From the NCBI GenBank assembly GCA_001783145.1, contig MFQT01000017.1:30119-94118 (forward strand): a DNA stretch of 64,000 bases, written 5' to 3'. Of this stretch, positions 60,419-64,000 are shown piece by piece. The notes beneath the pieces were generated by a model. The model did no database searches, had not been told where the DNA came from, and worked only from the letters and a program-made list of their open reading frames with translations. The position numbers and the translations under genes are program-made. Position 1 is the first letter of the stretch, and the number at the start of each line of letters is the position of its first letter. The stretch comes from Candidatus Magasanikbacteria bacterium RIFOXYB2_FULL_38_10. Lineage in GTDB: Bacteria > Patescibacteriota > Patescibacteriia > Magasanikbacterales > UBA10003.

Positions 60419-60451
60419 ACCCCCTGCCTCTTTAAAGAAGAGGCAGGGGGG
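60419..60451. terminator. bidirectional GC-rich hairpin terminator
   Basis: cccctgcctctt-taaa-aagaggcaggggg, a perfect stem between the wzx-like gene and tRNA-Ser. Confidence 0.6.
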
Positions 60452-60503
60452 GATTACCCTTAAAGTTATCCCCCAATTAATAAAAAATCCGAATTCTGAA
60501 AAT

Positions 60504-60591
60504 TGGCGGAAGGTGAGGGATTCGAACCCTCGATACCTTGCGGTATGCACGCTTTCCAAGCGTGTGCACTAGACCACTATGCGAACCTTCC
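60504..60591 (-). tRNA. tRNA-Ser (anticodon GGA), CCA encoded
   Basis: Minus-strand GGAAGGT acceptor pairs with ACCTTCC. Anticodon stem-loop ACGC-TTGGAAA-GCGT, a long variable arm (ATACC-GCA-AGGTAT) and T-arm GAGGG-TTCGAAT-CCCTC. Confidence 0.75.
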
Positions 60592-61341
60592 TTTTTTAAT
60601 TTTTTTCAGCAACTTCAAACCAATAAAAACTAAAATTAAACTCCCCCATTGCGCCACGGTAAAGCCACCATATCTTGCATCAGCTCCGGCAATATCATCA
60701 GCTCGTAAAAAATCCAGTAAAAATCTGCCCATACCATACCACAAAAACAGCCGAGAAGACAAGAGGCCGGACGTAGATAACATTTTAAGACCCTTTAAGG
60801 CAAAAATAATTAAAAGTGGCACTAACATCAATATCTCCAATAAGGCCATATCTAACCTGGGCCCACTGGTAAAATTAATAGCCAAAAAAGAGTTAAATAA
60901 AACACCCAAATGATCATGAATTAACAAACAACCCATTCTTCCCACTGTCCAACCAAAAGGAAAAACAAAAGCCAATATGTCTAAGTAATGCCAATCAATT
61001 TTTTTCTTGTACCAAAACCAAAATAATATTATTCCCACTCCCGCAAAACCGCCAAAAGAATCCAAACCACCTTGCCAAATTTTAAAAATCTCCAGTGGAT
61101 GCCAAAGATAAAAATTCCGGCTGTTTTCTAAAAAAACATAAAATAATCTTCCTCCAACCAAAGAGGCGATGATAATCCAAATCAATAAATTCAGAAGTCT
61201 ATCTTTATTTAATTTTTGCTTTTTAACCAACCAAGAAGCCAAAAAAGTGCCAATCAAAAAACCCAAAGAAACAAACAAGCCCCAAGATTGAATTTTTAAA
61301 AATCCTATTTGCCAACCGGTTGTGCCAAAAAAGGGTATCAT
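60577..61341 (-). CDS. lgt: prolipoprotein diacylglyceryl transferase
   Basis: Lgt signature G.GGRLFYV, the conserved GGLDSFGG region and a polytopic membrane topology. The ORF's last 15 nt overlap the 5' end of tRNA-Ser. Confidence 0.8.
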   Translation of the reverse strand: MIPFFGTTGWQIGFLKIQSWGLFVSLGFLIGTFLASWLVKKQKLNKDRLLNLLIWIIIASLVGGRLFYVFLENSRNFYLWHPLEIFKIWQGGLDSFGGFAGVGIILFWFWYKKKIDWHYLDILAFVFPFGWTVGRMGCLLIHDHLGVLFNSFLAINFTSGPRLDMALLEILMLVPLLIIFALKGLKMLSTSGLLSSRLFLWYGMGRFLLDFLRADDIAGADARYGGFTVAQWGSLILVFIGLKLLKKIKKGRFA

Positions 61342-62711
61342 TTTGCTAATTTAGGTATATATTGTTCCGCTTCTTCAACACTATCAACAATTTTATACAA
61401 ATCAACATATTCCGGAGCAATAGTGTCATATTTTTTAAGCAAGGTCTCGCGGATAAATTTATCCAAAGGTTCCCAATACTTTTTGCCGTATAAAAGCACA
61501 GTCATCTCGCTCATTTTTTTAGTTTTCATCAAAGTTAAAACCTCAAACAACTGGTGTAGAGTTCCAAAACCGCCGGGAAAGAATATAAAGGCCTTGGAAG
61601 GAACGGTCAGCATTAATTTTCTAATATAAGGAAAATTAAAACTTAAAGATTTGGTAAGATATTGATTAGTTCTGGCCACATCCTCAAATTTTAAACTAAA
61701 ACCGATGGATTCAGCACCGGCTTCTTTGGCGCCTTTACTAGCCGCCTCCATAATCCCTGGGCCGCCACCGGTAATTACCATGTATCCCTTCTTGCCTAAA
61801 TTAAAAGACATTTTTTCCGCCGCTTGGTAATAAGGACTTTCCGCGCCCAAACTATTGGTACCCAAAATAGTAATATCATCTCTAACTTCGCGAGTTAAGA
61901 ATTCAAATCCCTCCACCACCTCCGCCATGATTCTAAAAATTCGCCAATTCATTGTTTGAGCGCAATGCGGATCGGCGGGATCCGATGGATCACATAAAAC
62001 CTTATGCACTCCCGACCGACGGACAATTTCCACAGCCTCCTCGGCCGAATCAACTACTTGCAGTAAATCAAGATGGGTTTGACTGATGGATCCAATTAAT
62101 TCCAATGGGCTTTGTTTTAAAAAGTCAATTAAAGGATTCCAAAAATCTTTGCCCACAGCAATAACCGGAATTTTTTTAACTTTGCCGATTTCTATTAAAT
62201 CCAAAAGTTCAAAAATTTCATCCATGGTACCATAACCGCCGGGAAAAAAAATAGCGGCTTCGGCCGGTGAAACCAGCATTATTTTTCTGATAAAAAAGTA
62301 ATTAAAACCGGCATTCTTGGTTACGTAAGGATTAAGAATCTGCTCCTCGGGTAGTTGAATGGAAATAGCCACTGATTCCGCACCGGCTTCTTTTGCTCCC
62401 CTATTGCCCGCCTCCATTACTCCCGGTCCTCCACCGGTAATTACCGCGTAACCCTGTTTTCCCAAAAATAAACCGCATTCACGCGCTTCTTTATAAGCAA
62501 AAGAATCTTCTGTAGAACGAGCTGAGCCAAAAATAGTGGCGGTTTTTTCAAATTTTCCCAGTAATTGATAGCCGGAAACGAATTCCGACATAATTCTAAA
62601 AATTTGCCAAGTATCCCTGTAGTTTACCGGCTCATGAAATTTTTCAAAAATACGAGCCTTTTGTTCAAACAGACTGTGATAATGATGCGGACTGATTTTT
62701 CTTTTAAACAT
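61338..62711 (-). CDS. tandem LOG-family protein (two TIGR00730/lysine-decarboxylase-like Rossmann domains)
   Basis: Two complete copies of the LOG signature: ITGGGPGVMEAGNRGAKEAGAESV ... PGGYGTMDE and ITGGGPGIMEAASKGAKEAGAESIG ... PGGFGTLHQLFE. Confidence 0.7.
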   Translation of the reverse strand: MFKRKISPHHYHSLFEQKARIFEKFHEPVNYRDTWQIFRIMSEFVSGYQLLGKFEKTATIFGSARSTEDSFAYKEARECGLFLGKQGYAVITGGGPGVMEAGNRGAKEAGAESVAISIQLPEEQILNPYVTKNAGFNYFFIRKIMLVSPAEAAIFFPGGYGTMDEIFELLDLIEIGKVKKIPVIAVGKDFWNPLIDFLKQSPLELIGSISQTHLDLLQVVDSAEEAVEIVRRSGVHKVLCDPSDPADPHCAQTMNWRIFRIMAEVVEGFEFLTREVRDDITILGTNSLGAESPYYQAAEKMSFNLGKKGYMVITGGGPGIMEAASKGAKEAGAESIGFSLKFEDVARTNQYLTKSLSFNFPYIRKLMLTVPSKAFIFFPGGFGTLHQLFEVLTLMKTKKMSEMTVLLYGKKYWEPLDKFIRETLLKKYDTIAPEYVDLYKIVDSVEEAEQYIPKLAK

Positions 62712-62717
62712 AAAATA

Positions 62718-64000
62718 TTAGTTATTGATTTTTTCTATTCTCTCTCCGATTGATAACAGAAAATTTTCGGAAAAATGCGGCCCAATGATCTGCAAACCCA
62801 CAGGTAATTTATCTACCAAACCATTAGGAACAGATAAAGCGGGCAAACCGGCTAAATTGACCGGCGCGGTATAAATATCGGATAAATACATCTGTAATGG
62901 ATCATTACTTTTTTCCCCTATCTTAAAAGCCGTGGAGGGAGCAGTGGGAGTAATTAAACAATCCACTTCTTTAAAAACTTTTTCAAAATCTTCTCTGACT
63001 AAATTTTGTACTTGTTTGGCTTTTTTGTAGTAGGCGTCATAATAACCGGAGGATAAAGCAAAAGCACCTAGCATTATTCTCCTCTTTGCCTCTGCCCCAA
63101 AACCCGTAGCTCGACTTTTTTTATAAACACCTTTTAAATCTTCCCCTTTATTCCTTATAGACAAACCATATTTTATACCATCAAACCTGGCTAAATTAGA
63201 CGAAACTTCAGCGGGCATAATTAAATAATAAGACGCCAGAGCGTATTCGGAATTGGGTAGAGTTACTTCTTTTATTTTTGCGCCCTCTGCTTTTAGCAGT
63301 TCTACTTTTTTTAAAATATTATTTTCTACTTTGGCATCTAATCCCTTGGCAAAATATTCTTTGGGCAGACCGATGGTTAGGTTTTTTAAAACTTTTTCTT
63401 TTGAATCTTTAAAATTTTTAGATGTGGCATCCTTTTCATCCCGGCCTTTTAAAATTTCAAATAAAACTTTGGCATCTTCTACATTATTGGTTAAAGGCCC
63501 AATTTGATCCAATGACGAAGCCATAGCCATAAGACCGTAGCGTGAGACGGCTCCATAAGTTGGTTTTAAACCAACCAGATTGCAAAAAGCTGCGGGCTGA
63601 CGAATTGAGCCTGCGGTATCGGAACCAAGGGCGGCCGCGCACATGCCGGCGGCCACTGCAGCGGCCGAACCTCCGGAAGAACCTCCTGGAACCCTTTCTA
63701 AATCATAAGGGTTCCTGGTTATTCCATAAGCGCTATTTTCCGTAGAAGATCCCATAGCAAATTCATCCATATTGGTGCGCCCAATTATAATAGCCCCGGC
63801 ATCTTTTATTTTTTTAACAGCCGTGGCGGTATAAGGAGAAACAAAATTCTCTAAAATTTTAGAGCCGGACGAAGCAAGGTGCCCCTCGTAAAGCAAATTA
63901 TCTTTAAGAGCCATGGTAATCCCATCTAAAGCTCTCATGCTTTCCCCTTTTTTAATTTTTTCGTCAACTTTTTTGGCTTCTGCCAAAGCCTCTTTTTCAA
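62718..64000 (-). CDS. gatA: Asp/Glu-tRNA(Gln) amidotransferase subunit A (amidase); N-terminus beyond window end
   Basis: Amidase signature GGSSGGSAAAVAAG...GSDTAGSIRQPAAFC. The reading frame stays open to position 64000. Confidence 0.85.
   Translation of the reverse strand, partial: EKEALAEAKKVDEKIKKGESMRALDGITMALKDNLLYEGHLASSGSKILENFVSPYTATAVKKIKDAGAIIIGRTNMDEFAMGSSTENSAYGITRNPYDLERVPGGSSGGSAAAVAAGMCAAALGSDTAGSIRQPAAFCNLVGLKPTYGAVSRYGLMAMASSLDQIGPLTNNVEDAKVLFEILKGRDEKDATSKNFKDSKEKVLKNLTIGLPKEYFAKGLDAKVENNILKKVELLKAEGAKIKEVTLPNSEYALASYYLIMPAEVSSNLARFDGIKYGLSIRNKGEDLKGVYKKSRATGFGAEAKRRIMLGAFALSSGYYDAYYKKAKQVQNLVREDFEKVFKEVDCLITPTAPSTAFKIGEKSNDPLQMYLSDIYTAPVNLAGLPALSVPNGLVDKLPVGLQIIGPHFSENFLLSIGERIEKINN

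Noticed and set aside
60503-60913. 136-aa plus-strand ORF beginning inside tRNA-Ser and running antisense to lgt
   Set aside because: Fully explained by the tRNA-Ser gene and the well-supported lgt gene on the opposite strand.

Overview
This window is an AT-rich, gene-dense bacterial chromosome segment. Its gene content and style (minimal cell-envelope and translation genes, weak Shine-Dalgarno signals) resemble a small-genome, CPR-like bacterium. Nearly everything is housekeeping: rpmA (partial), the mraY-ftsW-murG dcw block, ftsE/ftsX, typA, a nifS/nifU/ferredoxin Fe-S module, rsmI, metG, a complete F-type ATP synthase operon (atpZ-B-E-F-H-A-G-D-C), mreBCD-mrdA, greA, lysS, serS, gltX, clpB, def-fmt, a small polysaccharide/glycosyltransferase locus, lgt, and gatA (partial). 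Five tRNAs are present: Lys, Gly, Thr, Gln and Ser. The one clearly anomalous locus lies between murG and a translin-like gene, at about 4050-6440. It contains a tRNA-Lys gene plus an exact 21-nt direct repeat of that tRNA's 3' end (att-like scar). Next comes a consensus extended -10 sigma70 promoter, a ~185-nt leader with GC-rich hairpins and a GGAGG Shine-Dalgarno. These drive a 1.5-kb ORF of strikingly foreign composition: very high GC, almost every codon ending in G/C, encoding a 492-aa alpha-helical protein with a Lys/Gly-rich C-terminal tail, closed by a strong intrinsic terminator. A perfect 25-bp inverted repeat follows. This is either a recent horizontal acquisition from a high-GC donor at a tRNA integration hotspot, or an assembly or contamination chimera. 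Its product is not recognisable to me. A second small orphan cassette (98-aa ORF, 15815-16111) has its own promoter and terminator. Its promoter shares a TTGACAA...ATGTAGTT architecture with the foreign cassette. Other notable items are a bacterial translin-family protein, a tandem LOG-domain protein, a WecG/TagA-Nudix fusion, a UvrD-type helicase fused to a Cys-cluster PD-(D/E)XK nuclease, a eukaryote-like cytosolic 5'-nucleotidase III-type HAD protein, and a minimal beta-carbonic-anhydrase-like gene at the end of the atp operon. No CRISPR array or transposase was seen.
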